A model generated the notes under the pieces. The model had not been told where the DNA came from and did no database searches. It worked only from the letters and a program-made list of their open reading frames with translations. From assembly GCA_964016885.1 (NCBI GenBank), contig OZ024742.1:192076001-192140000 (forward strand): 64,000 nucleotides of DNA. Reading direction: 5' to 3'. Made by a program: the position numbers and the translations under genes. Position 1 is the stretch's first letter, and every line of letters begins with the position of its first letter. Below are positions 1 to 15,711 of the stretch, in pieces. The DNA is from Eledone cirrhosa (taxonomy: Eukaryota).

Positions 1-1812
1 GTCCAATGCTACTTCCCTGTCGGGAATATTCAGACTTCGACAAAATTCTACGGATTTTACCATAACCTGTATTGTACTGTACTGTATTGACTGAATTATC
101 TACCCTATGCTTCAAGGCCTTTGTAATTCACACTGAATTCTGAGGCTCGAACACACACTGATTCCATCTCTTCCATCCTTTATATCTATATGCATTATCT
201 AACTGCAACTTGATCTATATTGTATTTCCCCTGTGTTTTGATTTCTCCGATATGTTCTTATATACTTCCGTTTTACTCCACCACCACCCTAGCTATGGCG
301 GCATTTTATTTATTTTTTATGTATTTTTTCATTTATTTATTTATTTATATATTTCTACCATTTTACTTTATTAATGTGTTTTTATCTTCGTATTCTGCTT
401 TTATTTATCTATGTATTCTTTGTTTTTTGCCTACTGTTCCTTTTATTTAGGTTTTTACTCGCTTTACTCTCATTAAGTACATATCATTGTACTCATTAGC
501 ACACGACACTAGAATATCTCCCCCTGAGAACCACAATACTTATAACCCGGACTATCTGGGGACCTAGATATAGTCTATTTGCGCTTTTTATCGGGTTTTA
601 TAATTGATTACACGCGATGATCCGACTGGTGTGGTGGTTTTCCTGGCTGCGCGCCCTGCGCCCTGGTGCATAAGCCTCCCTTGAGTGCTTGGAAAAATAA
701 ATTTCCCCTTCTTTCGGTAAATGAAATTACTTGGAGAGGATTGCTTCGCTCCGGGGCCCGCCGCGCCGCCGTTTTTGACCGCCATATAGTACCTTTAACT
801 TCTAGACCTAATCATAACTATTAGCTGTATAATGCCTCCCTCTACTGGACTTAAACAAATCCCCCTCCTGTGTAAATTAATAGTACTCGTTTGGTATAAC
901 GATGGCCTAACGACGATGGCTGACTTCCCACAAGCACACCCGAAGCCTAGAACAGTTACATTCCTCGAGTGCTCGGAAAAATTGATTTCCATATCTTTCG
1001 CTAGACGGTTTCACTCGGAATGTCTGACACGGGGACACGGGGTTAGGATGGGCTGGCCGGAGTCTGCAGTTGTCGCGTGCTGTTTGACTGATAAACAAGG
1101 ACTTAATCTTTACTCTATATCCCACCCTGAAAACGTATCGAGGATCTCTATAATACACTTAAACTTTTTCATAAAAGATTCTCTCTGTAAATTATTTAAC
1201 TAAATCTCGCAACCCAAACCATACATTTTTTTAAAACGGTTTAATTTTTAATTTTCAAATTTTTTTAATTTTATAATTTTCATCTTTAATTTAATTTTTT
1301 TTTATTTCTTCCTATAAATCTAAACAAAAATTTAACGCACCTATTTTCTGTTCACACATTATACCATGCAGACGCCAACTATATATATCTCTGTTATAAT
1401 ATATACCTCTGTTAAGATATAGGTTCTTTAGAATAACATTTTTCGCGGCAATTCCTAGCCTGATTGTAGCGTGACATTAACGCTTACTTTTCTTCTTTCT
1501 TTCTGTCTTTTTTCTCTTTCACCGCGAGGTTAGTAGCACATTATAACATTATAAGCTTTCGCCCCCTCACCAGATAGCCTTAAGTAGACCGAATAACCAA
1601 CACTTGAGGGCGACCGGCTAAAGTGGAAGGTGCTAGATGGTCGGTCGTCCTCGGGTCTATGATTTTCAGCCCCATGGATTTTATCTGTTACATTCATTTA
1701 TTATATTTCGAATACCTGATGATATCACCGGATTCATACGGAACCCGGTCATTGAAATGATTATAGTATAATAAACCTTTCAAGGATTTACACAAGTCCA
1801 GCCTCCTGTTAT
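1..1812 (+). mobile_element. Penelope-like element, 3' part (degenerate GIY-YIG C-terminus, long 3' UTR/pLTR, hammerhead, AATAAA)
   Basis: Frame 2 at the window start reads SNATSLSGIFRLRQNSTDFTITCIV, resembling STSLARLIKSLKLNKVQHSLKWDIV of the PLE endonuclease at 26.2 kb. Ends with a hammerhead (1712-1769), AATAAA (1770-1775) and (TA)n. A related copy lies inverted at 5777-6610. Confidence 0.7.
1712..1769 (+). ncRNA. Type I minimal hammerhead ribozyme
   Basis: atac CTGATGA [accgg..ccggt stem II] GAAAT gatt ATA gtat. Stem I atac/gtat, predicted AUA cleavage triplet. Confidence 0.75.
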
Positions 1813-1842
1813 TTTATTATAATTATTATATATATATATATA

Positions 1843-2075
1843 TATTAAAATAACAGATTAAAGTTTAACCAAAGAATCGCTGCTTTCACCCTTAACGTGA
1901 ACTTCTGAAACTCAGTTTCAGAAGATCCCGTTAAGGGTGAAAGCAGCGATTCTTTGCTTAAACTTTAATCTGTTATTTTAATAAATATTTGCTCGACGGT
2001 TCTTATATATTTGATACATATTTATCCTTATCGAGCCCTCTTTGGATTTTAGTTTTCAAATTTATTATTATTACT
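1843..2075. mobile_element. Fold-back PLE-type 3' end fragment (70-bp arms, centre 1913) with degenerate hammerhead-like core
   Basis: 1843-1912 is the reverse complement of 1914-1983. The right arm has CAGAAGA tcccgttaagggt GAAAG, then AATAAA. Another copy is at 46241-46320. Confidence 0.6.
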
Positions 2076-2375
2076 ATATATATATATATAAATTAACTGC
2101 AAACATAAGCATTAACAATAGGCATTTATTTTTTAAAGGTAAATGTTTTTATTAATATTTAAAAACACAATAGGAAGGGAAAGGCAGGGCTGTAGGGCCA
2201 CAGAAGAAAGGGAGGGGGGAGGGTGGGTGATGGTCTCTGAGCCTAGGGCGTGATGGTGTTAGGGCTGCGCCACGCGGACAAGATCGCAAAAGCATTTCTG
2301 CGGCCAGCGATAGCCGGAGCAACAGCCACCCTACCTCGCATGACCATTTCAGTTAGTTAGAGATGTATATATATC

Positions 2376-2487
2376 ATAACTGTTTCTACTTTTGGCACAA
2401 GGCAAGCAAATATCTCAGTGCATTACTGGTACTTTATTTTATCGACCCCATAATGATCAAAGGCAAAGTTAACCTCGGTGGGATTTT
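2376..2487 (-). mobile_element. tRNA-derived SINE family 1, partial
   Basis: Reverse complement of gttaactttgcctt...ggggtcgataaaataaagtaccag...ttgtgccaaaagtagaaaca. Confidence 0.75.
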
Positions 2488-2532
2488 ATAGCCAAAAATC
2501 TATTAAGGACATTTATCATTATTTTCAATTGA

Positions 2533-2724
2533 GTGGTGGGTTGGCAGTATCGGTAGAGGGTCAGACGCCATGCTTTGCAAGCAAAGAGTTACGGCCCTTT
2601 ATTGTCTGAGTTCAAATCCCGGCGAGGTTAACTTTGCCTTTCATCCTTATGGGGTCGATAAAATAAAGTACCAGTAATGCACTGGGATAATTGCTGGCCT
2701 TGTGCCAAAAGTAGTAACAATTAT
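2533..2724 (+). mobile_element. tRNA-derived SINE family 1
   Basis: A-box-like ttggcagtatcgg, B box gagttcaaatcc, conserved core gcctttcatccttatggggtcgataaaataaagtaccag. More than 12 copies in the window. Confidence 0.85.
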
Positions 2725-3242
2725 TTTCAATTTAAAGAGAAATACGTAGAGTTGATATGTTTGTATGTCAGTATAATCAATGTGTCTACACGGTCTCGAT
2801 TATATTTTATACTGTGTACGTATAGAAATATTCTATTTGGTTTGATCTTTTTTGATATACAAGATATCTAATAAAAGACTCAAACACCATTCCTTACTTT
2901 GTTCAATCAGTTAAATATATTATCATTCATTCGTTATTTTTATTTGTTTGATTTTATTTTGTTTTTATATATACATTTTATTGTTAGTTGTTCTTTTCTT
3001 TTATTTTGTTTTTGTTTGGTTTTTTCCACTGTCCCGCTTTATATTAGATATGCGCAATAACATATCAAACGTACTCAATAGACTCTCTCTCTGTCTCTCT
3101 CTCTCCCTCTCTCTCTCAGTGCAATGTCTATCAAACGTTATCTTCTCAATGTGAATATATATATGATGAATTCGAAGAAGTAAATAGACCAGTCATTCGT
3201 ACATACATGTACAACTAAATACACATATAAATATATTGTATG

Positions 3243-3339
3243 TAAACTTTGCCTTTCATCCTTACGGGGTCGATAAAATAAAGTACCAGTAATGTACTGG
3301 GTATTTGCTGACCTTGTGCCAAAAGTAGAAACAATTATT

Positions 3340-3340
<1 letters not shown>
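3243..3340 (+). mobile_element. SINE family 1, 3' half
   Basis: Same core and tail as 2533-2724. Confidence 0.75.
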
Positions 3341-3403
<63 letters not shown>

Positions 3404-3584
3404 ATGTGTGTTTGTGTACATATATATATATTTGTGTGTGCATAGGTCAACAATTATTCAGAAAGCAATCTTTCTCATTCCAATTCACTCACATTTTCGT
3501 TTGTCTCGCGTTAGTTCGTTTGTGTTCATTATTGAATGTGCGTTAGCTTCTTAAGGTAGCTAGATGAGGAAGATGTCACAAAGG

Positions 3585-3752
3585 GGAAAAAAAGTCGATT
3601 AAATCGACTCCAGTACATTACTGGTACTTTATTTTATCGACCGCGTAAGGATGAAAAAGAAAGCTAACCTCGGCAGGATACGAACTCTTACTGTAAAGGG
3701 CCGTAACGCTATGCTGCAAAGTATGGTGTCCGACACTCTACCGATACTGCTA
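3585..3752 (-). mobile_element. SINE family 1
   Basis: Reverse-complement match to 2533-2724. Confidence 0.75.
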
Positions 3753-3906
3753 ATATTGTTTCTATCTATGCAGTTTCAATTACAACTTGCCTAAGATCTT
3801 CCTCTTCTTCTTCTTCTTCTTCTTCTTCTTCTATTTAATCAACTTGCCCTTTCCCCCCAAGTTGTTGGCCTTGTGCTTAAATCAAAAAACCATTATTATT
3901 ACTATT

Positions 3907-4085
3907 GGCAGTGGATTGGCAGTATCGATAGAAGGTCGGACGCCATACTTTGAGTTACGACCTTTTATGGTCTGAGTTCAAATTTCACCGAGGTTAACTT
4001 TGCCTTACGGGTCGATAAAATAAAGCACCAGTAATGCAATATTATAATTGCTGGCCTTGTGCCAAAAGTAAAAACAATTATTATT
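3907..4085 (+). mobile_element. SINE family 1
   Basis: Match to 2533-2724 with small deletions. Confidence 0.8.
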
Positions 4086-4360
4086 ATGCATTGTTTTATA
4101 AGATAGAATCTCTGTAAATACTTTAGAATATAGAACAAACAAATGTACATGGAGACACAGCGGGAGCACTCTTATTTCGATTTGAAAAAAAAATGTGAGA
4201 AAGTGTTTGAAGTATTATTAATTGTACTCCTAAGTTTCCTCTAATTTACAGTGAAACGAAATATTTAAGTCGTGTTCATTAACAGCAGTTTTATAGATTG
4301 AGGCTGTGTTCTAGTGACGAGAAAAACGTGAGTTTTAAAATGTATCCATAATACCACACG

Positions 4361-5776
<1,416 letters not shown>

Positions 5777-5778
<2 letters not shown>

Positions 5779-6615
5779 GAAATGACAGGAGGCTGGATTT
5801 GTGTAAATCCTTGAAAGGTTTATTATACTATGATCATTTCAATGACCGGGTTCCGTATGAATCCGGTGATATCATCAGGTATTCGAAATATAATACGTGA
5901 ATGTAATAGGTAAAATCCATGGGGCTGAAAATCGAGACCCGAGGGCGACCGCTATTCTGTTCCTTCAACCTCAGCCGGTCGCCCTGGAGTGACGTGGCTA
6001 AATTTTATAGTATGCTACTACCGGTCAGATGAACGAAAACAGAAAGAGATGGGAGCATAGGTTAACGTCGATCCCATGACACAAGGTAAAAGAAAGAAAG
6101 AAAGGAAGGAGAAGAAGGGGGAAGAAAGAAGAAGAGAAGTCAGGGTTAATGTCAGCTAAAAGAGGAAGGTAACTACTACTGGTCAGATATAGGCAAGCAA
6201 GAGGGGGAAGGAAGATAAGTCTGCGGGAGTAGGAGAGGAGAGAAGGGAGGGAAGAGAGAAGTAGAAAAGTAAGGGTTGATGGCTACAAGAAGGAAGATAG
6301 AAAGGAAGAGGAAGAAAGGTCGATATTAATGTCAGACCACAGTCAAGCCAGGAGTGGCGCGAGAAAATTTTCACAGGGACCCGCATCTTAGCGGAGATGA
6401 ATATATTGGGAGTCAGTGTTTTACAGTGTTTAGACTTCTAGGATGAAGTTAAAAAATTAATAATCAATATTCAATATTAAAGAGGTTAGAAAGTTTAAAG
6501 TTCAACAGTTTAACAATTAATTATATAATAGTTCCGATTTGTTCTGTAATTTAAAGGTACTATTTGGCGGTTAAAACAACGGCCGGGCCCCATGGCGAAT
6601 TAAGCCACGCCGAGT
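5777..6615 (-). mobile_element. PLE 3' UTR/pLTR fragment related to 1-1812
   Basis: 5786-5990 is the reverse complement of about 1605-1810. 6551-6605 matches the reverse complement of about 740-797. Flanked by microsatellites. Confidence 0.75.
5825..5882 (-). ncRNA. Type I minimal hammerhead ribozyme
   Basis: Minus strand: atac CTGATGA ... GAAAT gatc ATA gtat. Stem III/loop ATGATCAT is palindromic. Confidence 0.8.
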
Positions 6616-6624
6616 ATTTTCATT

Positions 6625-6669
<45 letters not shown>

Positions 6670-7298
6670 GTGTGTGTGTAAGCATGTATATATATTTATG
6701 TGTATGCATATGTATATACCTATATTTTAATGTATTTTTTATTAGTTTTAACTTATCGTATTTTGATATCGGGCAAGGAAAACCTATATATATTGCAGTA
6801 TGTCTCAGTTATAATGCGGACAAATATCTCTAGTGAAATGTCTCAGATATGGAGGATTTTTCTGCTGTAGTTCTAAATTTTTTTTTTTTTTTAATGGAGT
6901 AATTGTATTTTGTCTGGCGAGAATTGGTTAGTGAAAATTTATCATATTTCGTTACTCGTTTGGATAGTATAACGAAACATAATATATATTCTATCATACA
7001 TCAAATACTGTGTCGACTATTATTCCCGTTGCAAGGATACAAAATATAAACTGGAGATCCTGAAGTTATTTTAAGTTCTCTCCAGATAGAGCATCTTACT
7101 ATTTATTGATATAACTAGTAGATATATATTGATATATAGTAGAAATGGCATTATGAACATTATGTCGTCAAAGGCTCTGAGTCACATTTTATGATTTGCA
7201 AGCATCTGATCAGAATGACTAAGAACATCTAAATTATATGTCTTTCCATTAAACTATATATGAGTGTGCGTGTATGTGTGTGCTTGTATGGGGATGAA

Positions 7299-7394
<96 letters not shown>

Positions 7395-7632
7395 ATATAT
7401 ATATGTATGTATATATATATATGTGTGTGTGAGTGTATGTATGTATATATATATATATATATGCATATATATATGTTTATGCAAATGTGTAGTTGCATGT
7501 ATATATATATATATGTGTGTGTGTGCGTGTGTGGGTGTATGAATATGCATATATGTATTTGCATATGTATGTATATATATTTATGAATATATATTATATA
7601 TATATATATATACATTTACATCTCTCTCTCTC

Positions 7633-7742
<110 letters not shown>

Positions 7743-7978
7743 AATATATGTAAGCGTACATGTATAAATGAATGTGTCTACACTTTCACAAGAAGCAACT
7801 GCTAAGACGTCATAATTCTTGTTATGTAATCAATTTAAATACCTGCATCCAGTACGTAGCTTTCTTGGCATCATACACATTACCATATACACACGCATGT
7901 ATGTATATACATAAGTGGTGGAGAGATAGAATGTATATATGCATATATGTATATATTATCCAACCACACCCACATAAG

Positions 7979-8119
<141 letters not shown>

Positions 8120-8247
8120 TTATATATATATATATATATATATACATACATATATAAATAAATATATTATATATATATAATTATAATAAATATATGTATA
8201 TATATATATAATTATATATATATATATAATACACATATATAAATAAA

Positions 8248-8294
<47 letters not shown>

Positions 8295-8302
8295 ATATTT
8301 AT

Positions 8303-8352
<50 letters not shown>

Positions 8353-8360
8353 ATATATAC

Positions 8361-8392
<32 letters not shown>

Positions 8393-8660
8393 TTATATGT
8401 TTGTGCATATAGAGAAAATACAAATGTTAAATGAATGTTTACATCTCAAAGCAGCCACAACACTACAAAACATATGTCTCCCTACAACAACACAACCCAC
8501 CCATATTTCATCCTCCAAAACCGATAGACTGTGAAGATCACTAAAATGACAGCCATATTGACAAGCAATTTTTAGCAATTTTTAGCAATCATTTTCTATA
8601 GTATTTCTGCGGGCCGCTGTATTTAACATGTTCCTTATTTGTTTATTGAATAGATACTTC

Positions 8661-8702
<42 letters not shown>

Positions 8703-8709
8703 GGGGGGA

Positions 8710-8769
<60 letters not shown>

Positions 8770-8790
8770 TACATATATATATATATAGAG

Positions 8791-8891
<101 letters not shown>

Positions 8892-9199
8892 CATATATAT
8901 ATATATATTTATTTATTTATTTTCATATTTATGATATATTTATGTATTATACGGCGAAGATACATTTTTCGGATTGAAAGATGTTGTGTGCTTAGTGGAG
9001 CTGGCGGTGGAGGTATATCTACTTAGTGTAATGAAATCTCACATTGAAATTTTGAAAGGAATTCGTATCTGGCCATAAGTCATTAAGCAACCTATACACA
9101 CTCACCGCTACCACCAGTAATTCAGTTATAGATTTTTATGAATGTATATTATTCATACACACACACACAAACACACACATGCACACACATACACACACA

Positions 9200-9277
<78 letters not shown>

Positions 9278-9421
9278 AATAGAGAGAGATAGAGAGGTGG
9301 ATGAAAGTGTGGTATTGTTGTTATTGTTGTTTTTATGGTGAATGGAATAAATAATATTTCTAGACGATTCACGATATGTATGTGCATGTTTATGTGAGTG
9401 TATATATACATACATATATAT

Positions 9422-9500
<79 letters not shown>

Positions 9501-9506
9501 ATATAC

Positions 9507-9547
<41 letters not shown>

Positions 9548-9557
9548 TATATATATA

Positions 9558-9589
<32 letters not shown>

Positions 9590-9803
9590 CTCAATATATC
9601 TGAACGTGTTTCATTCAAATGTATGATAGAAGGGATCTTATTGTTCAGATTTTTGCTGATCTATAATTTGCATGTCTATTGCGAAATGTTTTCAGACCTC
9701 GCTTAGGGGATTTTAATAAATGCTATTTCATTTGAATATACATATTTACATATACATATATAGATGTGTGTGTGCATGTGTGTGTGCGTACGTGTGTGCG
9801 TAC

Positions 9804-9838
<35 letters not shown>

Positions 9839-9860
9839 CGTGTGTGTGTGCGTGTGTGCG

Positions 9861-9992
<132 letters not shown>

Positions 9993-10726
9993 CATGTGTA
10001 TGTATAATAATAGACATGTGATAATAATGCCGGCAATAGCGTTGAAATTATTCAATTTTTGGAATCCAACATTGGTATGCTTTATCTACTCGTATTCTCG
10101 GATATCTGAATAATTCTAGAAACTGAGAAATTTCTGTCTTGATAAATTTACAGCTTTCATTAATATAAACTATATAGTTTGTGGAGGAGAGATTTAACAT
10201 AATGACCTAATGTTAATAATTTATTTCTAACATATGAATACATAAAATTTCGGCATATTTGTATTAATGAAAGTCTGTTTTAAAGTTATGCTGATCTTTG
10301 GAGAAATATCAAATTACAGGAACAGATGCAAGGTTAATCTCAAGATTTTACGAATTCCTATTGTAGCAATAAACGTCGATATGAAATGCACTTTATGTAT
10401 CTCTGTATAAGTTTCTGTGAAAATGAATAGTTAGCAGCATACTTATATTTGGAGCTGGTTAGAGGTTGGAAAATATGGTTGGTATTTGAGATAGGGTACA
10501 TGTGGGATGTTTTAGTTCTAATATAAACATTTAGTTCATGATTGGCTTTGTATTTACGAATGCACTTTTTACGAGTTTGGAATCCGATGGTCTTGTCCAC
10601 AAGATGATTTGTTTATTGTTGGGTTTGATTTCTGAGTGTGTTAATTGCATACAGGGCATTCGATGATTGTTTCGGGTCTATCTATATTCGGATTTGTGTG
10701 TTTGAAGGTCCTATTTGGTTGTTTGC

Positions 10727-10775
<49 letters not shown>

Positions 10776-10776
<1 letters not shown>

Positions 10777-10897
10777 CGGGTTCGATCGGGATTAGTCCTG
10801 TAGAAGACATTTCTATATTAAACATTATATATATATATATATATATAATGTTTAATATAGAAATGTCTTCTACAGGACTAATCCCGATCGAACCCGA
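10776..10897. repeat. Perfect tail-to-tail palindrome of a family-A PLE fragment around (TA)n
   Basis: ~52-bp identical arms containing agtcctgtagaag (3' half of the family-A hammerhead). The flanks (GT)n and (AC)n are also mirrored. Confidence 0.8.
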
Positions 10898-10903
10898 CAC
10901 ACA

Positions 10904-10969
<66 letters not shown>

Positions 10970-11003
10970 ATATATAATTTTCATATATATATATATATAT
11001 ATA

Positions 11004-11660
11004 TGAAAATAAAATTAAAATTAATGTAAGCAAAATGCCAACAATAATTCAGGTATATAAGTGACTATACCATCAAGAGGACAAGATATTTAATGTACGA
11101 TGAGGGGAAAAAAGTAATACAATCTTAATTCAAAACAAATCAAGAAGAAAAACTTTGTCATCAAACATTGTGTAAGTTGGGGGAAAAGCAATACAATCTT
11201 AATTCAAAATAAAATCAAGAAGTAATACTTAACCGTCAATTTGGGTAAAACTACAAATGCACTATATAGTCTTAAAAGACCATATCGCGAAACTTTTCAG
11301 TGGGGTTAGTCACGGTTGGTGTCGATCTTCATTAGTGCTCAACACATTAACTAAATCACCACTGCTAAAATACCGAGGGGAAAAAAATAATCCACTGGAT
11401 TAAAACAGGCAAGTGACAGCGTGTAGAAATGAAATAACAAAACACACGTGAACACAAACTAGTGACGGCGGGATGAGATGAAAAAGCAGTTTACAAGAAA
11501 CAACAGTCAACAAAAATATGGAGTTCAGCATAAGCAATATTATCGCAGTCTTTAAAAAAGAAAAACTGGGATTAGTCACAAATATTGGTAGCACTCAAGC
11601 AAAACACCGAGTATAAATATATAAATGAAAATAATTCAGGTATATAAGTGACTATACCAT

Positions 11661-11662
<2 letters not shown>
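11004..11662. mobile_element. TA-embedded element with 34-bp terminal direct repeat (pLTR-like)
   Basis: aataattcaggtatataagtgactataccatcaa at about 11043 and 11630. An internal ~40-bp repeat is at 11110 and 11184. Confidence 0.45.
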
Positions 11663-11752
<90 letters not shown>

Positions 11753-12522
11753 CGTATATGAGTAATGTATGTGTATGTTGTATTATTTAGAGTTGTCGTT
11801 GATGATGAGTAGACTGACTGGCTGGAGAAACACCTTCATTTACATATATAGTGAAAAAAAAAACAACGCACAGGTTACATAAGACAGATCTACTGAGCTA
11901 CCTTGCTTGCGTGCAATTTCGCACATTAACGTAGTATTGCACTTATAATGACTATGCAACAGATTGGAGAAAAGATTCTGAATATGAATATGAGACGATA
12001 ACAAAACAGAGACAATTTACGAGTGTTTTCGACCAAATCAAAGATAAAATCCTGAAAAGTAACGTGTAGAATTGATGTAACAACCGACTTATCGTAACAT
12101 GTGCAATATTTTAACGCTGGGGAAAAAGAAAATAATTGAATGAATTAGACTTTCATTAGAAGAATGTGATCGGATTGCAGAGCTGCAGCAAATATGCACG
12201 TTACCTACCAATGTTGAAAGATAAAAGACTGAGCAATTAGATAAATGGTAAAGAGGGAGGGGTGAGGTGATAACAAGAGAATGACAGTAAGGAATACAAG
12301 GAAAGATCGGAAGAGAGAGAGAGAGAGAGAGTGAAAGATAGAGAGAGAAAGAGAGAGAGAGGGAGATGGGAATAGAGAGACAAGAAAGAATAAACAGAGG
12401 TGAGAGGCGGACACGCGAATGAAATCACAGTAGTTTATCGAAAGATGGCGGCGTGTTAGCATTGTATAAATAAATATATTCATCACCAGAACAAGCACGC
12501 AGTTTCGTATGACCAAGTCGTA

Positions 12523-12909
12523 TTGGATTGGCAGTATCGGTAGAGGGTTGGACGCCATCCTTTGACGCATAGAGTTACGGTCCTTGCCATTCTGAGTTCA
12601 AATCCAGCCGAGGTTAACTTTGCCTTTCATCCTTACGGGGTCGATAAAATAAAGTACCAGTAATGCACTGGGTAATTGCTGGCCTTGTGCCAAAAGTAGA
12701 AACAATTATTATGGTTGGTGGATTGGCAGTATCGGTAGAGGGTCGGACGCCATGCTTTGCAGCAAAGAGGTACGGCCCTTTATGGTCTGAGTTCAAAACC
12801 TGCCGTCGTTAACTTTGCCTTTCATCCTTGCGGGGGTCGATAAAATAAAGTACCAGTAATACACTGGGTATTTGCAGGCCTTGTGCCAATAATAGAAGCA
12901 ATTATTATG
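12523..12909 (+). mobile_element. Tandem dimer of SINE family 1
   Basis: Two head-to-tail full copies, 12523-12711 and 12713-12909. Confidence 0.85.
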
Positions 12910-13139
12910 GTTGATTAACTTGAAGTGTCTTTTTTTGTCTCTATTGTGCATTTTGAGAGCAAAATTTGGCTGCCATTTCTAGCACGTTGAGAGAACATGT
13001 AAATATCTTTTTTTTTTTTTCTCCTGCTAATGTTTTCGGTGTTTTTTTTGTTTTTTTTATGATTTTCCCGGTACTGCTATTTTTGCCGCTAAAGCTGATA
13101 ATGTTATTGTCGTTCCTAATTTCAATTGCCAACGGTGCT

Positions 13140-13625
13140 ATTTTTTGTTGCTAAGCCTCATGGTGTTGTTGTTGATAATCCTGATGAAAACATTGCCGAC
13201 AGTGCTATTTTTTGTTGCTAATTGCACTAATGTTGTTGTTATTGTCGTTGAGGTTATTTATTGCCGGCAGTGCGTGTTTTATGCTAATTACGCTAATGTT
13301 ATTAATGTAAGTGTCGGTGGTGGTGGTGGTGGTGAAGGAGGTGGTGGTGGTAGTGGTGGTGGTTTTGATAGTGATGGTGATGGTTGGTGGTAGCGGGGAA
13401 GAGGAAGAGGATATTGTAGATAATGCTGTTTTTGATGCTAATGTCGCTAATGATGTTCTGTGTTGTTTCGAAATTGACAATGCTATTATTGTTGCTATTG
13501 TTGTTGATGATGATGTGAGCATTGCCTACAGTGCTGTTTTTTTTTTCTCCTAATGCTGCAAATGCTGTTGTTGCTGTTGTTGACAATAATATTATTATTA
13601 ACATTATTATTGCCTTTGTTGATGT
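13140..13625. repeat. Degenerate (TTG/GGT/GAT)n trinucleotide low-complexity region
   Basis: Direct inspection. Confidence 0.7.
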
Positions 13626-13769
13626 TCCCCGCATGTGTGGCATGTATTATATCGAGGATTTCCTTGACTAGAGTATTTTCACAGGTTTATTGATTTCATA
13701 TCATATATGTCATTTATGAGGAATGTGTAATGGTTGAGGTGGGGAAACAAGAAAATAATAATTTATTAT

Positions 13770-13928
13770 AGGCGCAGCCATGACAGAATGGTTAAGGTGT
13801 TCGCTTAACAACCGACTGTTTCCCGTTTACTTCCACTGAGCTCTCATTGTGGGCAAATTTCTGTTACTATAGCTTCGAGTTGACCAATGTTTTGTGAATG
13901 AAATTTGGTAAACAGAAACTGCAGACGC

Positions 13929-13931
<3 letters not shown>
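13770..13931 (+). mobile_element. tRNA-derived SINE family 2 (degenerate)
   Basis: tRNA-like head ggcgcagcc..tggttaagg, then gggcaa..tactatagc..gaccaa..ttgtgaatgaaatttggtaaacagaaactg. Matches my recollection of an abundant octopus SINE. Confidence 0.6.
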
Positions 13932-13985
<54 letters not shown>

Positions 13986-13989
13986 ATGT

Positions 13990-14078
13990 TTTTTCCTATT
14001 ACTCACGCTACTACCCTAAGTATTGAGTACTCTGGTGCGTCATGGTCCATCCGGTTCCTTACCACACCACCTTCGTTA
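13990..14078 (+). mobile_element. PLE-type family B 3' end fragment
   Basis: Matches 61856-61940 (ctaagtattgagtact..ggtgcgt..ggtcca..ggttccttaccaca). Flanked by (TA)n. Confidence 0.7.
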
Positions 14079-14529
14079 TATACATATATATAATCCTTAG
14101 TCGCTGAGTCTGTATGTACGTCAACTCTATTATCTTACAATTTCTTTTTTCAGCATATATTATATACGTATTTGTGGTTACACATACACTGATATGCTTG
14201 CCCTCATGTATGTACTTACGCACACATTTTTTCACTATACAGATGCATTTGTACATACACACATATGTACATTTGTAGGTGCATATACACACATTTATAC
14301 ACATGCCCTTACTATATTTCCTTATTTTATTTTTATATATCTCTTACATTACTTTTATTTATATATTTTTTTTGCCCGTTAAACTTTTGCCTTTCTTGAG
14401 GAGATTTTTCAAATATTTCACTATGTTTTAAATTGTCTTGTCCGACGAACGAGTGAGGACGTTTCTTGTATTCATCTTATTCGGTAAACCTCTGGTAATG
14501 AGGTAATTATATTGTATTGTTTATAATAC

Positions 14530-14604
<75 letters not shown>

Positions 14605-14698
14605 GGAATTAAGAGTATTCCGCAGTTCACTATAATAATAATAATAATAGTATTATTAGCTCAAAGAAGAATAGAGAATTTCCTTCCGAGCTCAAATG

Positions 14699-15065
14699 TA
14701 AGTATATATTACACAAAGAGAAATGTGTAAAGAATTATTACAAGTGATTTTACCGTTACTGTATAGGGAACAATATCTACAGGTAAACAATTAAATAGAA
14801 AAAAGCCAGATCAGAATCAAATCTCTGGATTGGAATTTTAAATCACAAACCTTATAACTATATTTTGCTGATACGAACCTAATATAGTTATAAGGTTTGT
14901 GATTTAAAATTCCAATCCAGAGATTTGATTCTGATCTGGTTTGTTTCTATTTAATTGCTTACCTGTAGATATTGTTCCCTATACAGTAACGGTAAAATCA
15001 CTTGTAATAATTCTTTACACACTTCTCACTGTGTAACACATTTCTCTTTGTGTAATATATACTTA
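14699..15065. repeat. Fold-back palindrome, ~165-bp arms, 16-bp spacer, TA-flanked
   Basis: 14699-14864 is the reverse complement of 14881-15065. The right arm has a ~20-bp insertion. Confidence 0.85.
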
Positions 15066-15567
15066 TATATATATATATATATTAGATATATATATATATA
15101 TAATTAGAGCAAACATCACGTGCGTTTTATCTCAAAATTAATTTTGAAAAGCATTAGAAATGCGCAACCGGTAAAAACTTAAAACTAAAACTGAATACTA
15201 ACCAATACTTATTACTAATTTTTACTTATTCCTAATTAAATTATTTTTCACTGAGAACAATTTGTCAGCATTTTCTTTTCCTTTTACCAATATATATATA
15301 AATATATATATAAATATATATATAAATATATATATATATATATCACATAAGAACGGAGAATCATTGGTGCGACGAATAAGATTTATTAGACATATTACAA
15401 TCGATTCTCTGACGACCAGCTCCAGGCACGATCGATGCAATGATCAAACCTGACTCTGAAATCGCAAGATCCTTCGATATTTCTCGATTCTACGAAGCAA
15501 AGTTTCCAAATATCCAAATATCCAGTTACACCCGCTGCCTTCGCAGAGTGAGAGAGAGAGAGAAATT

Positions 15568-15699
<132 letters not shown>

Positions 15700-15711
15700 A
15701 TATATATATAC

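Noticed and set aside
832-1203. 123-aa ORF
   Set aside because: No recognisable motif. It lies in the PLE 3' UTR and is not retained in the related copy at 5777-6615.
2533-2625. tRNA genes at SINE heads
   Set aside because: A/B boxes are present, but they are fused to SINE bodies and I could not fold a cloverleaf.
12455-12480. aagatggcggcg YY1-like / start-codon context
   Set aside because: An isolated motif with no ORF, splice donor or other promoter evidence.
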